IMG/VR virus record: IMGVR_UViG_3300043414_000151
Span: 1-38,382 of that record
Length of the DNA: 38,382 nt
Direction: 5' to 3' (one strand)
Origin: a virus
Lineage: Duplodnaviria > Caudoviricetes
The notes under the pieces were generated by a model. It worked only from the letters and a program-made list of their open reading frames with translations. It had not been told where the DNA came from and did no database searches. Position numbers and translations under genes: made by a program. Positions 18,099 to 27,041 of this stretch are shown piece by piece (position 1 is the stretch's first letter; every line of letters starts with the position of its first letter).

Positions 18099-19172
18099 AT
18101 GGCGTACTCAGGAACAGTCGGAACAACGGTCATCGATGTACAGACATTGATCGACCATGGCGCTCGTAGATGCGGCAAGTTGGCCGAGGAGTTGACTTCT
18201 GAGCAACAACTGTCCGCTCGGGAGAGCCTGTACTTCCTGATGTCCAACCTTGCCAACCGTGGCATCCAGTATTGGGCCATCAGCAAAGAGGTTGTGGGCC
18301 TGACTGCGGACAAGTACATCTATGACCTGCCCCTGGGGTCGGTAGATGTGCTCCAAGCCCTGTATCGGCAGATGAACCGCCCCACCCCAAACAATGGCGG
18401 CGGGTACTCAACCAGCGCAGGCGGCACTGTTGCCAACGCCTTTGACAGCAATGTGGACACGCTTTGCACCCAGAATGCGGCCAACGGCAACATTTCGGTC
18501 AACTACGGGACAAACAACCCGGTCTACATTGGCTCGATTGGCTACCTACCTGGGGCCACGGGCACGATGTCCATCATTTACGAGTATTCCTCTGACGGAG
18601 CCACTTGGAAGACCCTGGTTGACCTGGGTTCCACCGCCGTTGTGGACAACGAGTGGATCTGGACTGACATCAATGCTGGTCAGACGGTGCAGTATTACCG
18701 TGTCCGGGCCTATAACACCACCACTTTGGTGGTTCGTGAGGTGTATTTCGGCAACAACAGCACCGAAATCCCCATGGCAAGGCTGAATCGGGACGACTAC
18801 ACCAACCTGCCCAACAAAAACTTCACCGCCAACCAGCCTTTTCAGTTCTGGTTTGACAGAACCGTGCCAAAACCCTCCATTTACCTGTGGCCCGTGCCAT
18901 CTGACACTTTTGTGCAGATGACCTTGTGGTATTCCAGGCAAGTGATGGATGTCGGGGCGCTCACTGATGAGCTTGAGATCCCACAAAGATGGTACGAGGC
19001 TGTGGTTTCCATGCTGGCGCACAGAATGTCGATGGAACTCCCCGGCGTTCAGGTGGATCGCATCGGTTATCTGGAAAAGATGGCCGACAAGTTCCTCTAT
19101 GACGCCGAGCAGGAGGAGCGTGACAAGTCTCCGATCTACTACGCCCCGAACATCAGCGTATATACAAGGTAA
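18099..19172 (+). CDS. putative head-tail adaptor / tail tubular protein with inserted discoidin (F5/8)-like domain
   Basis: Helical N-terminus (LYFLMSNLANRGI) and IYLWPVP...IPQRWYEAV. Central ANAFDSN...YSSDGATWKTL...YYRVR is discoidin-like. Confidence 0.65.
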   Translation: MAYSGTVGTTVIDVQTLIDHGARRCGKLAEELTSEQQLSARESLYFLMSNLANRGIQYWAISKEVVGLTADKYIYDLPLGSVDVLQALYRQMNRPTPNNGGGYSTSAGGTVANAFDSNVDTLCTQNAANGNISVNYGTNNPVYIGSIGYLPGATGTMSIIYEYSSDGATWKTLVDLGSTAVVDNEWIWTDINAGQTVQYYRVRAYNTTTLVVREVYFGNNSTEIPMARLNRDDYTNLPNKNFTANQPFQFWFDRTVPKPSIYLWPVPSDTFVQMTLWYSRQVMDVGALTDELEIPQRWYEAVVSMLAHRMSMELPGVQVDRIGYLEKMADKFLYDAEQEERDKSPIYYAPNISVYTR

Positions 19173-19175
19173 GCC

Positions 19176-19517
19176 ATGCCACGCTTCCTCAACACCCTTG
19201 GCAACTCGACACTGAGCATATTCATCTGCGGACGATGCAAGATGAAGCGCCCAGAGGATGAGGCGCACCCTGACGCCAACTTCCCCGGCGTGATTGTGTG
19301 TGAGCGTGGGTGCGGGGACGAGAAAGATCCCTACCGCCTGCCTGCCAGGAAGACCGAGAAGATCACCATCCGCTACCCCAGGCCAGACTTGAGCGTGGCG
19401 GTGGACAGTCACGCCATTGATACGGGCGGGTATCAGGGATATGTTTTGTCCACTCAGGCAAATACATCGACCCCAGAACAAAATGGCAATGTCGATGGCC
19501 TAGAAATCCAACCCTGA
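19176..19517 (+). CDS. small Cys-rich (putative Zn-binding) protein
   Basis: CGRC...CERGC...DPY and RYPRPD motifs. Confidence 0.7.
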   Translation: MPRFLNTLGNSTLSIFICGRCKMKRPEDEAHPDANFPGVIVCERGCGDEKDPYRLPARKTEKITIRYPRPDLSVAVDSHAIDTGGYQGYVLSTQANTSTPEQNGNVDGLEIQP

Positions 19518-19518
19518 T

Positions 19519-21972
19519 ATGGCAAACCAGACCATTACCCAACTCCCAACCGCTGGGCCGATCACAGGCGCGGAGCTTGTGCCCGTTGTCCAAAACGGCC
19601 AAACGGTACAAACAACTGCCTCGGCACTGGCTGGATCTCCCGTCCTGACCCAGACCTTCCTGACGCTCAATCAGGAGCCGACCCTCAACAACTCCCGCCG
19701 CCTGAGCGCATCCAATGGCCTGACCCTGACCGACAACGGCGCTCAGTCCACCTTGGCGCTTGGAATGACCGGGAATGCGGCCAGCCTGAACCTGATGGGG
19801 ACGGGGTTTGCTGTCAGCACCGCCAGCGGGACGATGACTGCCCGGTCAATTGCTGTCACTGGCAACGGATTGGCGATTACAGACGGCAACGGCATCGCAG
19901 GCAACCCTACCCTTGGGTTGAGCGGGATAGCCCTCTCCTTGGCCTCCCTGACGGGTTCCGGGATCATGTCCGGGTCTGGAGCAATCGCCAACTATGTGAC
20001 CATCATTGGGTCGTCAAACCAGATCGCCGTGACCAACGGCACTGGAGCAGGCGGAAACCCAAACATTGGGCTGGCTGACAACCCCATCCTCCCAGGATCT
20101 GGGTCGGTGACCTTGCCCAAAGGGACAGATGCCCAGCAACCCGTTGGGTCGGACGGGCAACTGAGGTTCAACACCACCACATCGACCTTTGACGGGTATG
20201 CCGCAGGCTCTTGGAGGCAGTTCTCCTTGGCTGGAGGTGTGACAAGCTTTTCTGGCGGCTCCACGGGACTTTTGCCATCTACTCCCACCTCGGGTGCAAT
20301 CACCCTGACTGGGACGCTCACGGCGGGTTATGGTGGCACGGGCGCAACCACTTTGACGGGCTATGTGTACGGTAACGGCACATCGGCCATGACCGCCTCG
20401 ACCACGATCCCTACTACTGCTTTGTCTGGGACAGTCACGAACGCCCAGTTGGCGAACTCGGCGATCACAATTAACGGTTCATCGGTGAGCCTGGGTAGCT
20501 CTGTCACTGTCACAGCTACGGCCACAAACGCCTTGACCATAGGCACTGGCCTGTCAGGGACGAGCTATAACGGCTCGTCTGCTGTCACCATAGCGATAGA
20601 TTCCACTGTTGCCACTTTGACGGGTACTCAGACCCTGACCAACAAGTCGATCAGTGGTGCGGCGAACACCTTGTCCAACATTGGTAACAGCAGTCTGACC
20701 AACTCGTCTGTGACTTTCAACGGCCAGACAGTGTCTTTGGGGTCTACCGGGACGATCACGGCCAACACCACCAACGCCTTGACCATTGGGACAGGCTTGA
20801 CCGGGACAAGTTTTAACGGCGGATCTGCGGTCACGGTTGCAATTGATTCAACGGTGGCGACTCTGACAGGTACACAGACTTTTACCAATAAGTCGATCAG
20901 TGGATCAACCAACACCCTGACCAACATCCCCAACTCGGCGCTGACCAACTCATCGCTGACTGTGGGATCGACATCAATCAGCTTGGGCGGAACAGCCACC
21001 ACTTTGGCTGGCCTGACCTCCATCACCTTGACGCAAGATCCAACAGCGGATCTACAGGTGGCAACCAAGCAGTATGTAGATGCAATTGCCTCGGGCTTGA
21101 ACTATCACCAGCCAGTCAACTACGCAACCACTGCCGTACTTGGAACCTACACCTACAACAATGGATCTTCTGGCGTAGGCGCAACAATCACAAAAAGTGT
21201 TCCTTACGCCACCTTGTCTTTGGGCGGGGGGTCTCCAAGCGTAGGACAGCGTGTTCTTGTCAAGGACGAGCCATCTGCCGGGGGCTTGGATGCGTACAAC
21301 GGCGTATATACAGTTACCTCAGTTGGATCTTCTTTGCTTCCATGGGTTTTAACTCGTGCCACTGACTACGACACCAGCGGCGTTGGAACCAACGAGATTG
21401 ATGCTGGCGACTATGTTTTGGTGCTGTCGGGCACAAATGCCTCAACCGCATGGGTTCAACAAACCCCGCTTCCAATTGTTGTGGGCACGACTGCGCTGGT
21501 TTTCCTCCAGTTCAATGCGCCGATCACTTACACCGCAGGCACTGGCCTAAATCTATCGCCTGCGACGACATTCAACATCTCCAACACCACGGTGACGGCG
21601 GCGGCTTATGGGTCGGCTTCATCGGTGGGGACTTTTACCGTCAACGCCCAGGGCCAATTGACCTTGGCGGCGTCCACATCGATTGCGATCAACGGCAACC
21701 AGATCACTTCTGGGACTGTGGGTTCTGCGTACATCACAGGCTCGTACACCGGGATCACTGGGTTGGGAACTGTCACCGCAGGAACATGGAATGCAACGAC
21801 AATTGGGGTTGCGTATGGCGGGTCAGGATTGACCTCTTATGCGATTGGCGACATGGTGTACGCCTCTGCATCTGCAACATTGTCTAAACTTGCGCTTGGC
21901 ACACAAGGATATGTGCTCACGGCAGGGGCGGCTGGCCCAGCCTGGGGTGGAATATCCGGGGGAACCTTCTAA
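19519..21972 (+). CDS. tail fibre / adhesin-like protein 1 (817 aa)
   Basis: Thr/Gly/Ser-rich. GQLRFNTTTSTFDGY, ATKQYVD, RVLVKDE..NGVYTV and TVNAQGQLT are fibre motifs. Ends ISGGTF. Confidence 0.8.
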   Translation: MANQTITQLPTAGPITGAELVPVVQNGQTVQTTASALAGSPVLTQTFLTLNQEPTLNNSRRLSASNGLTLTDNGAQSTLALGMTGNAASLNLMGTGFAVSTASGTMTARSIAVTGNGLAITDGNGIAGNPTLGLSGIALSLASLTGSGIMSGSGAIANYVTIIGSSNQIAVTNGTGAGGNPNIGLADNPILPGSGSVTLPKGTDAQQPVGSDGQLRFNTTTSTFDGYAAGSWRQFSLAGGVTSFSGGSTGLLPSTPTSGAITLTGTLTAGYGGTGATTLTGYVYGNGTSAMTASTTIPTTALSGTVTNAQLANSAITINGSSVSLGSSVTVTATATNALTIGTGLSGTSYNGSSAVTIAIDSTVATLTGTQTLTNKSISGAANTLSNIGNSSLTNSSVTFNGQTVSLGSTGTITANTTNALTIGTGLTGTSFNGGSAVTVAIDSTVATLTGTQTFTNKSISGSTNTLTNIPNSALTNSSLTVGSTSISLGGTATTLAGLTSITLTQDPTADLQVATKQYVDAIASGLNYHQPVNYATTAVLGTYTYNNGSSGVGATITKSVPYATLSLGGGSPSVGQRVLVKDEPSAGGLDAYNGVYTVTSVGSSLLPWVLTRATDYDTSGVGTNEIDAGDYVLVLSGTNASTAWVQQTPLPIVVGTTALVFLQFNAPITYTAGTGLNLSPATTFNISNTTVTAAAYGSASSVGTFTVNAQGQLTLAASTSIAINGNQITSGTVGSAYITGSYTGITGLGTVTAGTWNATTIGVAYGGSGLTSYAIGDMVYASASATLSKLALGTQGYVLTAGAAGPAWGGISGGTF
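20527..21018 (+). repeat. 82-aa (246-nt) tandem internal repeat in fibre 1
   Basis: NALTIGTGL(S/T)GTS(Y/F)NG.SAVT(I/V)AIDSTVATLTGTQT(L/F)TNKSISG..NTL.NI.NS.LTNSS starts at both 20527 and 20773. Confidence 0.8.
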
Positions 21973-21981
21973 GGAAAAAAC

Positions 21982-24888
21982 ATGGCACAAACGAACTACA
22001 CACCGATCCAGCTTTACTACTCGTCCACGGCGGCGGCTGTACCTGTCAACACAAACTTGTTGAACGGCGAGTTGGCGATCAACATCACCGATGGAAAGCT
22101 GTACTACAAAGACAACAGCGGCACGGTGCAGGTCATCGCCACGAAAGGTGCTGGCACGATTGGTGGATCGACCACGCAGGTTCAATTCAACGATGCAGGG
22201 GCTTTGGCTGGTTCATCGGGGATGACCTACAACAAGACGACCACGACCCTGACTGTCTCCACGCTGAACCTCACCAACGCCTTGGGCACGATCTACGGTG
22301 GCACTGGGCTGACCAGCTACACCGCTGGTGATTTGCTGTACTCAAGCGCATCAAACACCCTTGCCAAGCTGGCTATCGGAACTGCAAGCTACATCCTGAC
22401 CGTCAACTCTGGCGGGACAAATGTCCAGTGGTCTGCCCCAAGCTCGATCAGCGTGAGCACGGCCACCAACTTGGCTGGTGGAGTTGCCGGGTCGGTTCCG
22501 TACCAATCTGGAGCCTCCACAACCGTTTTCCTGGGCATTGGAGCCGCCGACAGGGTCATGACCTCATCTGGCACTGCGCCTCAATGGGTGACCGCTCTGA
22601 CGGGCTTGACGGGCGTTTCAAGCTCATCGATCACCAACACTGGCTTGACCTCTGGCCGGGTGGTATACACCACCACTGGTGGTCTTGAAACTGCATCAGC
22701 CAACTTGGCCTTTGATGGCACGACCCTGACCACCACGGGCTTGAGCAACACTGGCACTTCCACCATAGTCAAGCTGTTGACCGTGGGCAACACGAGCTTC
22801 AACGGAACCACCGTATTTGCGGCGGCAACCCCTGCCAAGCTGTACATGGGCACTGGGACGGTCACTGATGTCACTTCGGCAGTCAGCGCCACCAACGCCA
22901 CGGGCGCAATTGCTTCCTTGGCTATCACGCCGATTGCCGCGACCAACACTGGCGTCACTTACACCAACGCATCAACTTTGTACATTGCAGGCGCTCCAAG
23001 CGCTGGCACGAACATCACGATCACCAACCCATATGCCTTGTATGTGGCCGCTGGTGCTTCTTATTTTGGCGCTGACCTGACTGTGTATGGCCTCACTGTA
23101 GGCCGTGGCGCAGGTGCTGTATCCACCAACACTGCGGTGGGTGCTAGTGCTTTAGCGGCGAATGGGGCAGGTGCAAATAATACAGGTATTGGAAAAGACA
23201 GTTTACTATCTGTAGTTTCTGGCTCAAATAACACCGCTTTAGGTAGTGCTTCATTAAAATTAACCACAGGAAGTGATAATACTGGAATTGGTTATTTGGC
23301 TTTAATTATTAATAATTCTGGTTCATACAATACTTCAGTAGGTTCAAATGCCCTTTACAACAACACCACAGCCTCAAACAATACTGCTGTGGGTTATCAG
23401 GCGGGTTATACAGGAACTACTGCCACACAATTAACAGCATTTGGTGTTCAAGCAGGATATACAAACAACGCAAACAACAACGCATTTTTTGGATACCAAG
23501 CAGGGTATAAAAACGCATCTGGAACAAACAATGCGGCTTTTGGGGCGTATCGACCTTTATACGAAAATGTGTCTGGATCGTTCAATACTGCAATTGGTGA
23601 CCAAGCGGGGTATTACTCAACAGGAGGAAACAATACATTCCTTGGCTATAAAGCAGGATTTGGCGCTGTAGCAGGTAATACAGGAACAAATATTGTAGCT
23701 ATTGGTGACAACGCTTTATTGGCAAATACATCAGGCGGTCAACTGGTTGCCATTGGCACAAATGCCATGATAGCCAACACATCTGGTCAATATAATGTGG
23801 CGGTTGGTCAACAGGCACTTAACGGAAACACCACAGCCTCAAACAACACTGCCGTAGGTTATCAAGCGGGGTATAGCAATACAACTTCCGTAAGCAATGT
23901 GTCAATCGGCTATCAAGCCATGTACGGCCTTAACACTGGGGCTGGCGGCAATGTGGCAATTGGCGATTCAGCCATGTACGATGTTAAGCAAACTGCTGGA
24001 ACAAACATTGCAATTGGTCTTGGCACTATGCGTGGCGTTGCGGCTATTGGCGCTGGAAATATTGCCATCGGTCAAGCAACGATGTACCCCCTGACAACTG
24101 GCAGTAACAACACGATTGTTGGCGGCTACGCAGGAATATTTACTCCTGCTGGACGGCAACTTACTTCAGGCTCCAACAATGCGGGCTTTGGAGCAAGTTG
24201 TCTTGCAGTTACTGCTGGTGGTTCAGGTAATACGGCCATGGGAATGCAGACTCTTTATCAATCCAATGCTGACTTCAACACTGCCATAGGTTATCTTGCT
24301 GGATACAATGTAACAAGTGGCGTAGGCAACACATTCTTAGGTGGATTAACTGGGCAGTTTGGCGGCGGTGCTGGCCCATCGACAGGCTCATATAACACCT
24401 ACATAGGCTATGGCTCAATATCATCAAGCGCTGGTGTAACTGGTGAATTGGTGGTTACCGCCAGAGGCTCTGATAACTCAACAACAGGTAAGGGCGCATC
24501 TACAGGATTTATCAGCCCTGCTGGTGGCGGCGTTTACCAAGGTAACAATGGTGCAACATGGTCAGTTACTTCTGACCAGCGCCTGAAGAAAAACATTGTT
24601 GACAACAATGTTGGCCTTGAAAAGATTACGGCCATTCAAGTGCGAAACTTTGAATATCGCTTGCCAGAAGAAGTTGATGCAGAACTCAAGCCAACTGATG
24701 CAATTGAAAAATCTGGCGTACAACTTGGCGTGATTGCACAAGAACTGCAACAGGTATTGCCAGATTGCGTCAAGACCGAATCCACGGGCGTTATGGCAGT
24801 TGATGCCGACAATTTGACTTGGTATCTAGTCAACGCCGTCAAAGAACTCAAAGCAGAGTTTGACGCATACAAAGCATCTCACCCTTAA
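21982..24888 (+). CDS. tail fibre/spike 2 with YadA-head-like beta-solenoid repeats and C-terminal peptidase S74 intramolecular chaperone
   Basis: N-terminal GELAINITDGKLYYKD (Mtd-N-like), ~14-aa NTAVG/NTAIG repeats, and TSDQRLKKNI...GVIAQEL...LVNAVKEL chaperone motifs. Confidence 0.88.
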   Translation: MAQTNYTPIQLYYSSTAAAVPVNTNLLNGELAINITDGKLYYKDNSGTVQVIATKGAGTIGGSTTQVQFNDAGALAGSSGMTYNKTTTTLTVSTLNLTNALGTIYGGTGLTSYTAGDLLYSSASNTLAKLAIGTASYILTVNSGGTNVQWSAPSSISVSTATNLAGGVAGSVPYQSGASTTVFLGIGAADRVMTSSGTAPQWVTALTGLTGVSSSSITNTGLTSGRVVYTTTGGLETASANLAFDGTTLTTTGLSNTGTSTIVKLLTVGNTSFNGTTVFAAATPAKLYMGTGTVTDVTSAVSATNATGAIASLAITPIAATNTGVTYTNASTLYIAGAPSAGTNITITNPYALYVAAGASYFGADLTVYGLTVGRGAGAVSTNTAVGASALAANGAGANNTGIGKDSLLSVVSGSNNTALGSASLKLTTGSDNTGIGYLALIINNSGSYNTSVGSNALYNNTTASNNTAVGYQAGYTGTTATQLTAFGVQAGYTNNANNNAFFGYQAGYKNASGTNNAAFGAYRPLYENVSGSFNTAIGDQAGYYSTGGNNTFLGYKAGFGAVAGNTGTNIVAIGDNALLANTSGGQLVAIGTNAMIANTSGQYNVAVGQQALNGNTTASNNTAVGYQAGYSNTTSVSNVSIGYQAMYGLNTGAGGNVAIGDSAMYDVKQTAGTNIAIGLGTMRGVAAIGAGNIAIGQATMYPLTTGSNNTIVGGYAGIFTPAGRQLTSGSNNAGFGASCLAVTAGGSGNTAMGMQTLYQSNADFNTAIGYLAGYNVTSGVGNTFLGGLTGQFGGGAGPSTGSYNTYIGYGSISSSAGVTGELVVTARGSDNSTTGKGASTGFISPAGGGVYQGNNGATWSVTSDQRLKKNIVDNNVGLEKITAIQVRNFEYRLPEEVDAELKPTDAIEKSGVQLGVIAQELQQVLPDCVKTESTGVMAVDADNLTWYLVNAVKELKAEFDAYKASHP

Positions 24889-24905
24889 TTCATAGGAGCG
24901 CCAGC

Positions 24906-25217
24906 ATGACAACCTTCACCACCACCATCACCGCCATGTACACCCTGCAACAACCTGACCCCAATTATGTGGTCAATGTTTTGTGGGAGGTCACTGGGGT
25001 AGACGGTGAATACACCGCATCCATTGGCGGCAACACCCAATTTACCAGCCAGCAAGGCCCGGACTTCATTCCGTACAGTGAATTGACAGAAGCCACGGTA
25101 ATTGGGTGGATTCCCGCTGACGCACTTGCAAGCGCACAAGCCTGTGTGCAGGGCCAGTTGGATTCAATGGCAAATCCTCCCGTGTCACCGCAAAATACAC
25201 CTTTGCCCTGGGCTTAA
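24906..25217 (+). CDS. small tail-fibre-associated protein (103 aa)
   Basis: AGGAG RBS; FIPYSELTEATVIGWI...LPWA pattern; directly follows the fibre gene. Confidence 0.7.
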   Translation: MTTFTTTITAMYTLQQPDPNYVVNVLWEVTGVDGEYTASIGGNTQFTSQQGPDFIPYSELTEATVIGWIPADALASAQACVQGQLDSMANPPVSPQNTPLPWA

Positions 25218-25222
25218 AATTT

Positions 25223-25897
25223 ATGTATTATGTCTATCAACACAGACGCAATGACACCAATGCTGTGTTTTATGTTGGCAAGGGTAAAGGATACCGTTGC
25301 AATCAAAAAACGGGCCGCAACATTTATTGGCATCGTGTTGCCGACAAGCATGGTTATTCTGTTGAAAAAGTTGTAGCCGACTTAGATGAAGAATTGGCTT
25401 TGCTTGTTGAGCATGAATTGATAGACCAATACAAAAAATTAAATTTTGTTTTAGCTAATTTGGCTGAAGGCGGCAAAGGTTCGTCTGGCTACAAATTCAC
25501 GCCAGATCAAATTAAAAATGTCATAGTTGCTCATACTGGCAAAAAACATTCCGCTGAAACCAGGGCCAAGATGTCGGCGGCCAAAAAAGGCAAGCCACCA
25601 AATAACACTGGTAAAGCTTACAAGATGAAGCAACCAATGCCATTAGAGTTGCGCTTAAAAATGAGTGAGCAAAGGCGTGGACGCATCATGTCGGAAGAAT
25701 CCAGCATTAAAAAAAGTTTGGCTACAAAGGGTAGGCCGCTGTCAGAGTCAAACCGTGCCAATATTGCAAAAACTTGGTCTGACCCTGAGTTACGGGCAAG
25801 ACACTCACAACGAATGAAAGAGGTTATAGCCATGAAAAAAATGATCACCCCGCCTGTCAGCCCTGCAAATACAGCTTTGCCTTGGGCTACGGCATAA
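25223..25897 (+). mobile_element. free-standing GIY-YIG-like homing endonuclease with NUMOD3 motifs
   Basis: YYVYQH...FYVGKG...R...E...N catalytic-domain pattern and HTGKKHSAETRAKMSAAKKG (NUMOD3). AT-richer than its flanks. Confidence 0.8.
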
Positions 25898-25904
25898 TTA
25901 AAAA

Positions 25905-25931
25905 AGGGCAACCCGCTGGCCCTGACAGCGG
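25905..25931 (+). promoter_or_regulatory. predicted compact H-type RNA pseudoknot upstream of the 51-aa ORF
   Basis: S1: AGGGC (25905-25909) pairs with GCCCT (25919-25923). S2: CCGCTG (25913-25918) pairs with CAGCGG (25926-25931). It is a GC island in an AT-rich spacer. Confidence 0.5.
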
Positions 25932-25952
25932 ATAACTAAATGGAGAATGAAG

Positions 25953-26108
25953 ATGGAAAAAATCAGCCTGTCAACCAATTTGGTCAATGGCATTTTGCAG
26001 TACCTTGGCGGTCAACCGTATGCACAAGTTGCAAACCTGATCACGGGAATCCAGCAAGAGGCACAAGGTCAGATTGCGCCTGCTGAACAAGCTCCAGTGG
26101 TGGAGTGA
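25953..26108 (+). CDS. small hypothetical protein (51 aa), tail-fibre region
   Basis: GGAG RBS; MEKISLSTNLVNGILQYLGGQPYAQVANLITGIQQEAQGQIAPAEQAPVVE. Confidence 0.7.
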   Translation: MEKISLSTNLVNGILQYLGGQPYAQVANLITGIQQEAQGQIAPAEQAPVVE

Positions 26109-26111
26109 GGG

Positions 26112-26309
26112 ATGACGGACTCTGTCGAAACCCGTTTGGCCGTACATGAAGCCATCTGCACGGAGCGATACAACAGCATTGATCGTTCTTTGCGGGACGG
26201 CGACAAGCGCATGACCAAGATCGAGATACTCCTGTATCTGCTGATCGTGGCTGTGTTGTTCGGCCCAGGGGTGGCGGGAGAGTTCGTCAAAAAGATTTTA
26301 GGGATATGA
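26112..26309 (+). CDS. small membrane protein (coiled coil plus one TM; holin/XhlA-like)
   Basis: HEAICTERY motif, followed by hydrophobic ILLYLLIVAVLFG. Confidence 0.7.
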   Translation: MTDSVETRLAVHEAICTERYNSIDRSLRDGDKRMTKIEILLYLLIVAVLFGPGVAGEFVKKILGI

Positions 26310-26310
26310 A

Positions 26311-26880
26311 ATCGACCCCATAACTGCATTTGCCCTCTGCAAGGGTGCTTATGAGGGTATAAAAGGTTGCATATCCGTCTATCAAGACCTGAAGAAGACC
26401 GGGTCTGATCTGACAAAGATTACTGGAGAAGTTGGAGGAGCACTGTCAAGCTTCTTCAAGGGACACGCAGAACTTGAAGCCAGCCACGAGAAGGCTGAAG
26501 TTCAACGGGAAGAAAATCAAAGGAAGGGGATCAAAGACGACCTTGCCACACAAGCCATCGACAATGTGATGTATCTGCGGCAGACCAAGCAGTTCTATGC
26601 TGATCTTGAGAAAATGGTGCGCTGGGAGATGGGAATGCCCGATCTGTGGCATGACATTGTGGAAGAGTACCAGCGGCTATTGGATCAAAAGTCCGAACAG
26701 GCGGCGCGTGAGTTGCACGAAAAGCGGGTGAAAGCATGGCGGCGACAAAGATTAAAAAATCAGATGCTGGACAGGGTTCTGGAAACGGCGGCGGTGGCTT
26801 TCGTAGTCGGCTACCTGATCTGCCTGATGTGGCTAATCAGTCTTCATCGTCGGGGTCGTTTGGATACATTCTTGTCCTGA
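26311..26880 (+). CDS. lysis-region membrane protein (~189 aa) with apparent non-canonical (ATC) start
   Basis: The frame is open from TAG at 26299-26301 and reads (I)DPITAFALCKGAYEGIKG... in frame with the listed ORF at 26566. C-terminal TM segment. Confidence 0.6.
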   Translation: MDPITAFALCKGAYEGIKGCISVYQDLKKTGSDLTKITGEVGGALSSFFKGHAELEASHEKAEVQREENQRKGIKDDLATQAIDNVMYLRQTKQFYADLEKMVRWEMGMPDLWHDIVEEYQRLLDQKSEQAARELHEKRVKAWRRQRLKNQMLDRVLETAAVAFVVGYLICLMWLISLHRRGRLDTFLS

Positions 26881-27041
26881 TCCTTTTTGCACTTGTCTTC
26901 GTGCTCGTGCTCCCCCTGGTTGGCCTGATGTATGTAGACACCATGGTCGTCAAACGCGAGGCCAAGGCACAAATGGAAAAGGTCGAAAAATTGCGAAAGC
27001 AGATGGAAGAAAATGCCAGAAGAGAAGCTGAACCCAAATGA
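26736..27041 (+). CDS. single-TM protein with C-terminal coiled coil (i-spanin-like topology)
   Basis: Hydrophobic YILVLILFALVFVLVLPLVGLMY followed by a charged helix. Overlaps the previous gene by 145 nt; start uncertain. Confidence 0.55.
   Translation: MAATKIKKSDAGQGSGNGGGGFRSRLPDLPDVANQSSSSGSFGYILVLILFALVFVLVLPLVGLMYVDTMVVKREAKAQMEKVEKLRKQMEENARREAEPK

Noticed and set aside
21982-24888. Diversity-generating retroelement target, suggested by the Mtd-N-like start
   Set aside because: The C-terminus is an S74 chaperone rather than a C-type-lectin variable region. I saw no adenine-specific TR/VR pair and no reverse transcriptase in the window.
25160-25900. Group I intron or intein explanation for the endonuclease insertions (also 28654-29241)
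   Set aside because: The ORFs fill the whole inserts, leaving no room for a ribozyme core. There are no intein terminal motifs, and the host genes are already complete without splicing.
25900-25906. A AAA AAG slippery heptamer next to the pseudoknot, suggesting a -1 frameshift
   Set aside because: It lies after the TAA at 25895-25897 and overlaps stem 1 with no spacer, so no translating ribosome would be positioned on it.
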